DNA of 64,000 bases from Balanoglossus misakiensis (taxonomy: Eukaryota; Animalia; Hemichordata), in assembly GCA_040954595.2 (NCBI GenBank), contig CM082595.2, positions 1,077,690 to 1,141,689 of the forward strand. Reading direction: 5' to 3'. The first letter of the stretch is position 1. Each line of letters starts with the position of its first letter. Below are positions 45,480 through 61,700 of this stretch, one piece after another. The position numbers and the translations under genes are program-made. Under the pieces are notes generated by a model. The model saw only the letters and a program-made list of their open reading frames with translations, did not search any database and was not told where the DNA came from.

Positions 45480-46610
45480 GATACACCTCAGTGCCTAAGA
45501 GAGAATTTCAAGAACTAGAAGACTGCTTGGCTCAGAACTTTAGAGTTAAATAGTCGAGCGGGAAGTACGAATGCTGTCATCAGCCTCAACTAATCTCTAT
45601 GACTGAAAACAGAATCCTAGCAAATCATGGAAAATTTCAATGGTCTTTCAGAGCTGATATTACTTATGTATTTGATGGAATAAGTTGATGACCGGAAACT
45701 CAAAGGAATGTATGAACATGCACAGCGGCTTTGGGAGTATTAAGTCATTGATGTGCAAATCATGTGCAAGAAATCATTAGAAATTATTTTCTTCTTTAAT
45801 TTTTACTATGTACACATATATTTTCAAAGACTAAATAAACTTTCAAAGTATGACAACAGGGCGGTCTCTGTATTGTATGGCTGTGGATTTATTGCCCTGG
45901 TTGTGAAGTCGTCCTGTCTCCAGGAGTTACTGGCATGGAGGATACCAGCGGACAGCAGTATATGGTAAGCTGAAAATTCATTTATGTAATAATCTTTGGG
46001 AATAGGTGTAAAATCAATCAGACTTTGACATACATGTATCCTTATTTTAAGACACTGAGATGTTTATTGGAATATTCAACTACACATTACATGCCTCTTA
46101 AGTTGTACATTAACTGGTTCACCCATATCGTACAATGTCAAAATCTCACTAATTTTATCTTGAGTTGAAAACATCAACTCAAGCAATACATTAAAATTTC
46201 ATTATCTCAGAGGAAATATGTATATCCATAACTTTTACAATCCGTGACCATTTCTGAAGTTCAAATATAAATGAAATGAAAATTCAACCAAAATTATCAC
46301 TTGTTGCATTTAATGTGCTCATGTAGTACTGCTAACACTACTTTGAAACAATTCCTTGATGTGTGATTGCCAATAAGCACTGAAATATACATACATACAT
46401 AAAATGTGTACCAATAGTCCTCTTTAAATAGAAATGAAATAATGCCAAAAACTTTGGAAGTGTATGAAAAGCCAGTCAGTATATCTGAAATAGTAGGAGG
46501 GAAGCAAAGTGAGAATGTTTACAATTTCCTAGGTGTACAACATATGGTGTTCACCACCTCTATAAATAACAGTTCTTTATCGTCGATACCACTTCAGTAG
46601 ATGAATTCTT

Positions 46611-49790
<3,180 letters not shown>

Positions 49791-50957
49791 CTTGGAGAGA
49801 TGGAGAGCTTCACTAGTCTAGAATCAGTCGATCGCTTTTATCACCACGTTGTACACACAGTGTCCAGTCTGTGAATGAAATGTTTGTTGGTGTGTGCTTG
49901 CTGATGACACATAACTCCACTAATGTTTGCAGACGACGCAAAGGTCAACCTTATTTGACCTGGGGTGAGAGTCCGCCCTCTTTGTTGAGGAAGAGACTAC
50001 TTGTGGAAGTTTTATGTTAGGGTTAATTAATATTACCTGTAGTCATTGAACATAACTAATTATTACTATAGACCCACAACTTGCAGTCACTCATACATTG
50101 ATAAATAACATTTCACACAGTGAAGTATTGTTTTGCATTTTATTTGACAAAAATACATGTTATGAAGATAGTTCATATCATATCATTCAGCCTAAATGTG
50201 TATACTAGCTGATACAACTTTAAGTTCATAAGTTCATCATGCTATAAATTTACATTGGTTTGACCATAAAAAACCCAATTATCTGAACCAATATCCCCTG
50301 GTCCCATATGTCTACTTATACTTCCATTCGTCAGTGTGGAGGCAATGATTGTAATCTTGTTTAAGGTTCATTGACATCGTTATCTTTTATAATTAAATAA
50401 AATGCATTACAACAGTTAATCTACTGAAAGGAATTACATCAGTGAAGTTATTATATGTATTGCTTGCTGGTTCTTGGACGGTTTGAGTTTTGATCAAAGT
50501 CTGACACCCAAATAATTGATTGGTAGTTTGGATAACGCCCAGCAGGACAGTCTTTCGGTTTCAAATATCATAACTCGAACAAAACACTGTGAACATTACC
50601 TTCCTTCAATTTCAGAGTAACTAATACCTCACTTCCCGCTGGAAGCAGTGTAAAATTCCTCTCACAAGGAAAGCAATGTAGGATTGAAGTTTTGAAGATT
50701 TGAGACTGTACATCCTTTAAAGATTACAAACTGATTGTAAAAAAAAAAACATTTTATATAGCAGAATTATTTAATGCATAAAAGACTAAAAGGAGTAAAC
50801 TGTAAAGTGTTACAGTATATACAATTGTAGTCAGAAATATCTGATAAAAAGCTCTGAGGCATCAAAATGTTATACTATATATCTGCTTGATTTGCGTGTG
50901 CTTGTAACTATAGACACACCAAAAAATACAAGTTAGATCCTCATGGTTTACACAATA

Positions 50958-53900
50958 TTAAATCTTCAAGAAGACCTTTCTGCGATGCAAGTAGATCGCA
51001 GTAATCACCCAAAGTGTCGTTCCAACCAAATCTGCCGCCAAACGTTCGCCGTGTGTTTCTCCTGTTTTCCACTGCCACGGGAAGTAATTCATCAAGATTT
51101 CATGTCCGCAATACAGAAGTATAGCATTCATTCCTGCAATAAATTCAAATAATCTACATTACAGCATTCTGTAAGTTTAATGTGTGGCAGCCATGTTTGG
51201 GTGAAACCAAAGCGCCAGCATAGCAACATGACCATGCCTAGATACACATCACATTTGGATGGGGTGAGAAGGTTCAACAAGAATGTTTTTGACATAGTGT
51301 ATAATAGACAGATAGAGAGGGGGAGGGAGAGAAGGGGAGAGGGAGGGAGGGAGAGAGAGAGACAGATACCAACCTGCATGGTAGAACGGTCCACCAGACC
51401 ACCATTTCTGAACATCAATTGTGTAATAACAGAACGACAGCAAAATGAATGATGAAGATCCCAGCAGAAAGATGTATGATACTGACCTGAAATGTAAAAG
51501 AAAATATAGTGTCATCATTTTGACCAAAATAGCAAACAATAAATGAAATCTGAATGAGTATCTAGTTCCTCAAGAACCGAAGTCTGCTAATGTATTCATC
51601 GACCCTAGACACTAAATCTCCAAGACTTACCAGAGGTTCTTGTTGATGGGTATGCTTCCTTCGTTTTGACTAAAGTCACACAAAACTGCAGCAATAAGGC
51701 CCTGAAGTATTAGAGAGAAAGTCAAAATGATATTATTACCTTAGCAACTTTGTCCCTCCAGTCTAAACTGAATGTTAAATTTGAAAGGTTGTTCATTTTA
51801 TGTTGCATATTGGGTCAAGGTAGTGGAGGTACTTACAGTGATAGCAGCCCACACCATCCATCTTTTAATTCTGCCAATCCAATCTGGATAAACAACAATT
51901 ATTTTGCCGGCCTGTAAAATTGATCAGAGCACAAAACTAATAACATTAACACAGTTTTCTGAGAAAGGATACTGAATATTGATACTGAGATATACTCTTC
52001 AAAACCCTTTAAATTGACACAAATGAGTCAATAGATAGTTCAAGAATAAATGACTTACCAAAACTCCCAGAAATGTTATAAATATTGATGTAATACTGCC
52101 AAGTATACCTTCTGGGTCATATGGACCAGTCTGATACAAATCCTGTAATGTATACAAACATTCTGAGTGTATGAACATGTCAATGGAAGATGGAAAGTGC
52201 CCTACGGAATGGACTGTGCAGGACTGCTATGGAAATGACTGATACTTGATCCCTGACATAGACAGCCTGTTCACGCAAAGCAAAATGTGTATATGTACCT
52301 TGCATGTTGGATGTTGGTAGATGTGATTCACGCCAAATATTTTTTTATCAATGTATCCTGCGGCACCACCAGTACAGTTGTACAGACTTGTTCCATTGGG
52401 ACCAGAGACTAGAGCACCACCCGGTCCAAAATAACCCCTGAAATAAAACACAATTGAAGATCAAAGTACTACATGTTCACTGCGTATTTCAAGTTCAGTA
52501 TTTGAGTAATGGATCTTGAGCATAGTGAGTCTACAATCTACAATGGTCATGGATAAAACAATTACCAGATACTTACAGTGGGCACCCAGGAACTGGTAAG
52601 AAAAATGCTAGACATAGATACAGGGTTAACATCAACAAGGCAACGATCCAGTGCAACCACAAATGAATAAAATCTCTGATTGGATGGTACCATTTATACT
52701 GTGAAGGGAAATAAATAAATAAACAAAAGTTAATAGTTATCTGTTAATGTGGATGATAAAACAAAACCACAGCACAAATCAAAACAATATAACCCAGATA
52801 TGTAAAATTTACCCTGTAAGGATCCTCAATCTTTGCGGTCAACATCTCCACGGTTGCCACGACAAAATAGCAAATACTGAATCGTTGAAGAACACCAGGA
52901 ATTCTTATGTGTTGTAAATCAACACCATTTCTATCTGAAACATGAAAGAAGAGATTAACTCATAAGTATACCCCTGTTATGAAGTTGCAGGTCCCAGAAT
53001 TTCATTGGCTAAGATTAAAATTCACGGGTTCTATCTTACCTTTCCCAGTGCCAAGTATTATTCCAAGAGCAAAGAGTATCAGAGTTCTCTGGACTATTTT
53101 GATGAAGATGTTGGCTTTTTTGGCACCTTTTCTGTAGAGGATATTGTAAGACAAGACTATCGAGGTCCCCATGATGAACACGAACCTGTAGAATTATCAA
53201 CAGAAACAACACCACCATCAGTATTGTATAAGATGAATGCTGAGGGTGCTTGACTTATGATTAGGTTGCAGTCTGCATGTAACGGTGCTGTAAGACTTAA
53301 AGTACACAAAGTTTACTGTTCAACTCACCAAGGAAAGACTAGATCAGCAACAGTTAAACCTGAAAGTGAACAAAAATCTCTGATCAGGACACATCTCTAT
53401 TAGGACAGTTAAAAGTTACAACTTGAATAGAATATTATGTGAGTATTAAAGCCCCAGTATTTCTCGTGTGCATCCATTTTTCATCATCGAAAAAAGCCCG
53501 TTTTTCCAGTACATCCATCATGGAATACTATATAATGAAGATGTAAGAAAGGTTTGGGCAATTGTAGCTACATGCAAGCCGAAAATATCGCCCGTAACAC
53601 TTGAAATGATGCGCGGGTTTGTTTACAACGGAAATGTTGTACATGTCGATCAGCAAACGTGCCACTTTGACATTTTGATGGTCAGACCATTTTCGGATTT
53701 GATCTGGTTCCATCGACTGATTTCTCCCATAAAGTTATCTTCCCAAAATTTCGCCGAATTAGTGCGCATTTCTTCGCTGAGTCGCTTGATTTGGGGCGAC
53801 CAAACCTCTTCCGCATAGATTCACATTTGAGTGCGCATGCGCACTAGTCACGTGTGTCAACATTAGCCTGACTCACGTGACTTTCTGTCCGGACAGAAAG

Positions 53901-56192
53901 TCATTCTTCACTCGTTATATTGTAAATTGTATGAGTTTATCAGCAGAGCTGGGGATGATGACTGTTCGATTCAGTATCAATTATCATCTACTTTTAGAAA
54001 TTATAGATGCCGTTCCAAACTAAATTTTGCCCCTACGAGAAATACTGTGGCTTTAAAGGATGCTGAAATACTAACCGTTCCATCTGGAGTGTCTGAAAAA
54101 CCAGTACTCTCCTCCACCAAGGTTGGCAAATATCATCACGACAATGCTGATTCTGGAAAAGAATCAAGTTGAGAAGTCAGACATTAATACCATGCAAAGC
54201 TATATAATAGTTAATTCAACCAACAGATACATGTTAGGGTTGACACACTCACCCTCTAAATGTGTCCAGTGATCTCAGCCTGGTTGGTCGTGGCTGCTCT
54301 TGTCTTTTGGAACCCTCCAATGCAACGCTATTAGATGGCGATAGATTATTGGGAGAACCAAGATCCTGAAACAGAAAAAAGACAGACAACGATATTTTAT
54401 GGCTTCCTAAGTTTGATGTGAATGTCCTACACTGATATGTGATGCTGAACATGGTGTAAACTATTTTTTCTTTAATGATTACTCACCGAATTTATCAACC
54501 TGTCCTTGTCAAGACAATACAACAATCTACTATGCAATCTGTACCTAAAATCAAGAGAAAAAATAACTCTTATTCTAAATTTATTGGAAAAGACATATAG
54601 ACATATCTACCCAGTTTCATAATTGGAAGTAATGTGTATATATGTGTACTGACCTGTATATTTGCCTCCATATTAGATACAAAATGATAAGACCGATATA
54701 CACGCCGATAGCAATGTAAATGGCTGAAAGAAAGAATTGAAAATTCTAGTGAAATCATTAGATATAATAAAGAAATGAATAAGTTGTAGTTGTGGCTAAG
54801 GTGATGTGAATACAATGACAGTGGTTTTGTTCAGTTGATTCCAAGTCAATTTAACTTGGCTCCCCTTGGCGTATCAATGTGATACACTACGGTACATTAT
54901 TTTTAGAATCAGTCACTCAAAGTGGTACTTACGAATGTAAATATTCACAGGGCTTTTGACATCCACAATATTGCAATCAAAATGACTTCCATTTTCTGAG
55001 TTTGCTGGGAAGATCCACAGGGTGTATGTGCCTGACTGACCAAAATGATGGGTTTTACTGTGAAGTAAAAATAGACAATTTTTCAAGTCAAGTGCAACCT
55101 TACCATAGAAAACAATGAATTTGGACTGAACCATGGTGGTGAAAGGGTTAAACTTACTTGCAAAACTGGTTTTGACTTTCATCTTTGACTGAAATTTTTG
55201 TCGGCCAGGTGGTGTTTACTCGAATGACAGTCGATCCCGCTGGACTTATGGTTGTAAGATTCATAAACGCACACTGAAAAACAAACATAGGCCTAGGTCC
55301 ATTTTTATCAACATTAGAGGAAACACATGTTTATATGTAATGTAGACATCCTGTAAATGTGACAGGAAGTGTGCTCAGGGAGTATGCCAAAAAAGAAAAG
55401 CATTTATTGTATACATTACATGTGTGTACAAAGAAAACTCACCTGATAACATTCTGTAGTCTGTCCAAAGATAGTAACATAGGCTCGCACAGTGGAATTG
55501 ATGTACAAATAAGCTGTGTCAATTTTCAACTCTGGGATGTGCATGTATTCAACATCCATAACATCAGGTACTATGGAGTATCCATCAGAGATTGGATTGT
55601 TTGCAGTCAACAGTGTCTGGTGTGTACCTAGGAGTAAAACTAGAAAAAAAAGTTTTGTCTTTTAATTCTCAGCACATTACTTCATATATGTACATGTAAG
55701 TGCACTTGTGTATGCATACATGTATGATGTACGGTGTGTCTGTGAACTGATCACATGTATAGTCATATACTGCGAACGCAGAAAACATCAACAACAACAA
55801 ATAACAGATTTATGCAACCAGTTCACAAACAACATATCAACAGGGTCAGCAAAGCTGTCATGACACTGCTCTACTGTGTTGGAGCGGTTACTACCCAGAA
55901 GTAAAATGGTGTTTTCCCAATGAGTCAGTGACAGTCGAATTATGAAACAGGTTTTAAGAGAAATCGCACGATTATTAGATGAAAATGACACCCCGGAAAC
56001 AGCTTAAGTTGTCGACGATCGACCTACTCTCCACTGGTCCAGTACCCAGACCTGGCCATTAAATGGAAACAAACACTGTCACAGCTGATAAATTACTGGC
56101 AAATGAAGCTTCTGAAGAGATGAGTAAAACACAAACTTACCAGCATTATATAATGCGATGAAGAAGAGTATTTTCTCCATAACAAACGCCAT
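50958..56192 (-). CDS. HGSNAT: Heparan-alpha-glucosaminide N-acetyltransferase (TMEM76)
   Basis: Signal-peptide-like first exons; RLRSLDTFRG; GLTVADLVFP; IPGVLQR; VPGCPTGYFGPGG; NCTGGAAGYIDK; YDPEGILG; PINKNLWS; WWSGGPFYHAGMN; C-terminus FLKI*. Confidence 0.93.
53450..54052. mobile_element. ~600-bp MITE, Kolobok-like (TTAA target duplication), in an HGSNAT intron
   Basis: TTAA|AGCCCCAGTATTTCTCGT ... ACGAGAAATACTGTGGCT|TTAA: 18-bp terminal inverted repeat with one mismatch. Confidence 0.8.
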
Positions 56193-56235
56193 CTAATTCA
56201 ACTTGTCTCGAACTTCACGTAACTTGGCGAATCAA

Positions 56236-56244
56236 TCATGTGAC
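56236..56244 (-). promoter_or_regulatory. CLEAR/M-box-like motif (TFEB/MITF) upstream of HGSNAT
   Basis: GTCACATGA on the minus strand about 45 bp 5' of the ATG of a lysosomal gene. Motif match only. Confidence 0.4.
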
Positions 56245-58275
56245 TGATTTCCCGTGTTGCACTGCGGATATCCACCTCGTACCTCACACAAAACCAAAAA
56301 CCAGTACCAGGTCAATTAGAACCAAAATAAAATTTCCCACACTAAGTAATTGTTCATCCACTCATATACATCATAAAGACGGAGGCGATGGAACAAAAGA
56401 CGGATGTTTGGAGTGATCTCTCATAACTGTCCATTAATTGTCCGCCCGGCAGCCCGGGGGTGGTACACCCATAGAAGAACAGTTTTTGCTATCCAGCTCT
56501 CTGCACTTGCCCGCAAACTATCAAAGGAAAACAATTAATATTTTAATATTAAAAGTATACAAAACTATCAACAATTCGCAATGAATGTACCAGGAAAAGG
56601 TGGGGGAAAGTGAGAGATTAGAGGAGAATTACAAAGTAAACATACATAAACTCCAGTGTGCATATGTGGGACCAGTCTATAAAAATTATTAATTTCACCA
56701 TGATTGGAAGGTTTAGCGCTGCTTCAGTCTGGTAACGTTTTAGGCAAAAGCAAATTAATTAAAACTGAGCCGGGAATCTATGTTGATGGTCTCATTGCGG
56801 CCAAGTCGTTAATTGTCAAAGAAAAGAGTAAAATGATAAAAGAAATGAAGTATAAGAAAGTATAAGTGTCCTACCACTGCACATGCGCAATGAATAGGAT
56901 AACAATTTTCGTCTGGTCAGATTTCACCCGCGAAATATTAAAACAAGATGGTGTTGTCATGCGGATATATGAGCGATTGACGAGGATTTTAAGAACCGTT
57001 ACAGCTGCAGTATTTTAGGAGATGACTGTGGAATAGTGTGAGATGAAAACGGCGATGGAAGTGAATATAATTGAGTTGTTTTGCATCTATTGCAACATCA
57101 CCATTCGCGTGGTCCTCGGATAAAACCCTGACACTGTATGGTGTTCATATGTCTCACTGGTAAGTTTTGATGCAGTACTTTTTTAGCTTTGCTACCCCAA
57201 CTATTTCATTTCGCCATAATTTTCAGTCACAGTGTTTTCCCCCCAACCTCCAAACCAGTTTCGCATCCGCGTTTCAAGATGGACAACGAGCCGGGAAGGG
57301 AGGATGAAACGTGTTGATGTTCAACTGGATCTTGTCCACGCATTCGCGATCGCTGTTTATTTCCTGGCAAAGAAACAGATTTTTGGAAGATGTACTTGCT
57401 CGGGATGAAACGCCGAAACGTTCAACTTTTCCGCGTTTGTGATGGGAAAATACAACTGATATTGATAAGGTAGCACGCGGGTAGACGGTATTTAGCCTTG
57501 TGTACCGGCAAATCTGCATAATCTGTGACGTTTTTGCCACGATTGTGACGCAAATAATTCGAAAAGTTCCATTTTTGTATCCACGGTGGAGGAATGTTGT
57601 CCTAGCTACACGGCAAACACTTCATGCATAAGTCACTTTGATGCTAGCATCATACACTTTCGCTCCGAAGAAACTTATCCAGTTTTTTTCACCAAAACCC
57701 GTTGATTATTCCTTGTGGATGTCAATAGAAGAGATATGGATGGTAAGTGAAGCTATGATTTATAAACAAACGTTTTATTCGAAACAAATATTCAATATTT
57801 TTCACTTTTTTGTGGACACTTTTCAGAGTTCTCCCCGGGCGGCCCGGTGTCGACGCACAAAGCGCATCATGTACATTTCATCCCGAAAGTAACCAATCAC
57901 AACTTACATTTTATTGACAATGTTTCAAGTTTTTCACTTCTTTCTTAATTTCTTACGATATACAACATTTAAATTTTAGTTAGGGTGATTTGTTTTGATG
58001 CTTTTTTTTCCACAATTTTACAAAGAGAACGATCGCGGTGTTTTGTGGTTCGCCGCACTGCAGGCTGTGAACACTGGGTCCCCACATGTCAATTTCACTT
58101 AGTGACAACTTCTGAAGCCGGAAAACTTTCGTCGGCAACTTTTTCCGGCATTTTTTGTGTGTAATCGATACGGAAATTATTGCGGGGTTAAATTTCACAT
58201 ATAGATGCGGGATCGGGACCCGGGGCCGCCGTCGGCCGTCTCCCATGGCGACGGTAACGCGTCTCCAAAAGCGAC

Positions 58276-58334
58276 CGCGTTACCAACGCAGCGCGTCCGA
58301 TCGGGTGGATCGGACGCGCTGCCTTGGTAACGCG
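58276..58334. other. GC-rich inverted repeat (27-bp arms, 1 mismatch, 5-nt loop)
   Basis: CGCGTTACCAACGCAGCGCGTCCGATC-gggtg-GATCGGACGCGCTGCCTTGGTAACGCG. Confidence 0.85.
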
Positions 58335-58751
58335 TCGCGGACGCGACAGAATTCTGTTTCTATTAGCGTCGAATGTTTACTCTGTCGATCGATTTCAAGT
58401 CCGATGCACGCATCATACGAAACTCGCAAAAAGTTATCATAAATTACCATTATTTACGCCTCTATTCTCCATGGAAACCACAGGGACAGGCCCTGATCGT
58501 AAGTCTATAATCATGATAATGTGCAAGGTTTACTGAAGTGTGTTTTCCAGCGTTTTGTCCCCCATCTTTTATTGATATTGGAAGATGGTCATTTGTGATG
58601 AATCACATTTCGATAGCAAGTAAATTCTACAATATGAGGCATTTTAAACTACTAGTAAAACCTTACATTTGCATATTTTTGATGTCATTGACCAATGGCA
58701 CAATACTGTGACTATAACGACATTTTTGTAAATATTTTCTTTCCTTACAGG

Positions 58752-61700
58752 ATCCCTGAGAAAAAACCCTGCGGAACATATACCCAGGGAAGAACTTGTT
58801 CAGACCTTCAAGAATGAACTTAAGAAGGTAATTAGAGTTTGCTGGAAAGTTTTACAATAATATTCAACAAGAGGGTCGCTTCAGAACTACCATTGATTAA
58901 AATTTAAATTCCATGATTGCTTTTAATATTATCTCAACACCATTTTAGCTCCCATTTGGACTGGAGATTATGGGATCAGTCTGGTCTGCCTTTTGTATAC
59001 AAAGTATAATGTACCTGGTATGTGTGTGTGTATGTATGGTGTGTGTTTTTATGTATGTGTGTTTATGTATGTGGGATTTGGTGTGTTGATATATTCTGGA
59101 CTGTTGATTGGAATTTGTTTGAATATATTTGGTGGAGACATCTTTATTCTGTTTAGAACACAGACTGAAAAGCGTTGTACTTTTTATCATCAGTTGTCCG
59201 AGCAAAGGCAGAAGAAGATGGGACTGGATTTGATGCCGATGGCTTCAGCTGGTAACAAGCTGAATGCAAAAGGCGATTCTAAATCGTATGATTCCGACCC
59301 GGCATCTCCAAGCCCTCGACGTCTGACTGCTGCTGAGGCAACCATGAATGGTTCAAGACAACTTCTGGCCACTACTGGTCAGTCCCAGGTCTGGGCAACA
59401 TCTTCTGGGTCAGTTCTGAAGCCTGTGATGAAAGCTTCTGATCATGTGGCTCGGGCAGCATCTTCTGTAGCAGTTGCAGAGTCTGGTACGACTTCCAAGC
59501 ACACGAAGAGAGGCGCTATTAAGAAGCGAGCAATCTTGGCAAACCCTTCATCAATGCCTGCTCCACTGATTCCAAGACCGCTTCCAAAACCAACTGTTGC
59601 TGTTACTGCTGCTGCTGCTGTTGATGATGATGCTGATGGAAAAGAGGGTGCTATAGCTAAGCCTCGAAAACCTCTGCCACGAAAGTCTGGTGCATCGTCC
59701 CGTAAACTAGCTGAGCGGCCAAAAACACCAAGACCTCTTCCGAAACCAACTGCTACTGGAAAGGAGGGTGCTAAACCAAAGTCTCGAAAGCCTTGCCCAT
59801 CAATGCCAGCTCCACTGACTCCAAGACAGCTTCTTGAGCCTGCTGACAAGCCAGTGTTTCCAAGACCACTTCCGAAACTGCCCAGGAAAGCAGCTGTGCA
59901 GCCAGTGATTCCAAGACCTCTTCCACAGCGTATGGCTCCTGCAACCACCACCACCACTACTACTACTTCTTCGGAGGAAGAAGAGCAAGAGTCCTACTGG
60001 AAGCCAATTCCAAAACCAGGTGTTCCAAGACCACTCCCGAACGGAGCAGCAGCCGCACCAAGATCACCGGTAGAACCACCTGTTGAACAGCCAATCAAAT
60101 CCCGTTTCGCACGCCGACAGGAGAGACTGCAGAAACTGGCAGAGGAGCGAAAAAACCATCCTGTAACACCTGACATCATCCCACCAATAAACACTCCCAC
60201 TTATTTTAATGCGGGGGACGAGAAACCAAAGCTGGATGCAGGCACTGTCTATTTTGGGCGTTACGAAGTTAAGAGAAAACTTGGTCAGGGAGCATATGGA
60301 GTGGTGAGTATTTTATCACATGCTCTTACCCTTTCCACACCATGGTTCAGTCCAAACCCATTGTTTTCTATGGTACAGTTAGACCTCTGAAGACGGAACT
60401 GGGGGTGAAAGGGTTTATACTGTATATTGCAATAAATAGTGGCTTATGTCTAATTTTGTATGCAGTCATATTGAAGGATATGGTTTTCAATTTATTTTTA
60501 CACGCAGTAATTATAAAAAGATATTGTCCATATAGAAAGTTGGAAGATCTTCTACAATCTCTGTGACAAAAGCTTACTATAAATATTGTTTTGCGTTTCC
60601 ATTCTGTAACGCACGAATGATTCACTTGAATGATTCTTGGCAGGTTTTGAAGGTGTGGGACCGGAAAACCAAGACGGACAAAGCCCTTAAGATCATTGCG
60701 ATGGAGAAGCGAGAAAGTCGGAATGAGTCTCTGAGAGATGAAATTAAAATGCTCGGGTGGATCAAACAAAATATGCCGAAACACAATGTTCACACAGGTA
60801 AGATTAAGCGTACATTCGCTTTAACTTTTGGTTTAAATTTCAGTATTTTTTTTCTGTGTACCAGATGCAGTTTCTTGTTCTTCTCCAAACAGCATGCTAA
60901 TATATCGAGTACTCCGCTTGTCAACATAGCCTGTATGTGTGTAACGGCTATTGTTATTGTTGACAAATGAATTCTAGTCCGGACTTGAATACAAATTTTG
61001 CACAATAACAATGCTGACTATACTTATAAATTGTTGTAGGTTGTTTTAATAAGCTGGAGGATACTTGGCATTTCATCATGCTTTACAAATTTGAACGAGA
61101 AAATGCATTAGATACGCAAAACAAAGTACTGAAAACATAATGAGAAGTTACAGCTTAACACCATGTGTTTTAACTAGTTGAGATTTAATGGTGCTCCTCC
61201 GTTTTGCATGGAGGTAGATGAATTTCACGAAACTCTGTTTTATTTATAGTATAGATTATCATACATGTATCTGGTATGTTTAATAACTATTTTTGTTGTG
61301 ATTCATTTTTTCTAGTCATGATGGATTCAGCATTTGAATACAAAAACTCGTACTGTATTACTCTGCCATTGTACGCTCTGGATCTGCGCTCCCGGATCGA
61401 TCGATCAAAAGCCAGGAAACTTTCCTTGGATTTGGTCCAGAAAATCACCGGGCAGCTGTTGGAAGCTTTGGACTTCTTGGGTGGTCCAAAAGTGGGTCTC
61501 GTACACTGTGACCTTAAGCCAGATAACATCATGCTAACAGATATTAGGACCGTTGACGTTAAAGTCATTGATTTTGGCTTGGCACGTGGCAGGGATGAGT
61601 GTGTAAGTGGACCTCCAGTTCTCTCAATTCACATAATGATTGCAATCATGATTTTCTTTCAACTACTGTGGATATAACTTCTATTAACTTTAACCCTTTC

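Noticed and set aside
51305-51368. GA-rich ORF segments (ERGRERRGEGG)
   Set aside because: Simple purine-rich repeat within an HGSNAT intron.
57138-57742. Candidate first coding exons of the kinase (ATG 57138 with donor 57160; ATG 57736 with donor 57743)
   Set aside because: Both are phase-compatible with the 58752 exon but encode only a few residues. I cannot choose between them without transcripts, so neither is annotated.
58993-59193. Hydrophobic N-terminal extension of the 465-aa ORF (apparent transmembrane segment)
   Set aside because: TG-rich intronic sequence upstream of the acceptor at 59193. The ORF tail after 60303 is likewise intron plus MITE.
59442-59957. 171-aa minus-strand ORF
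   Set aside because: Antisense shadow of the Pro/Ala-rich kinase exon.
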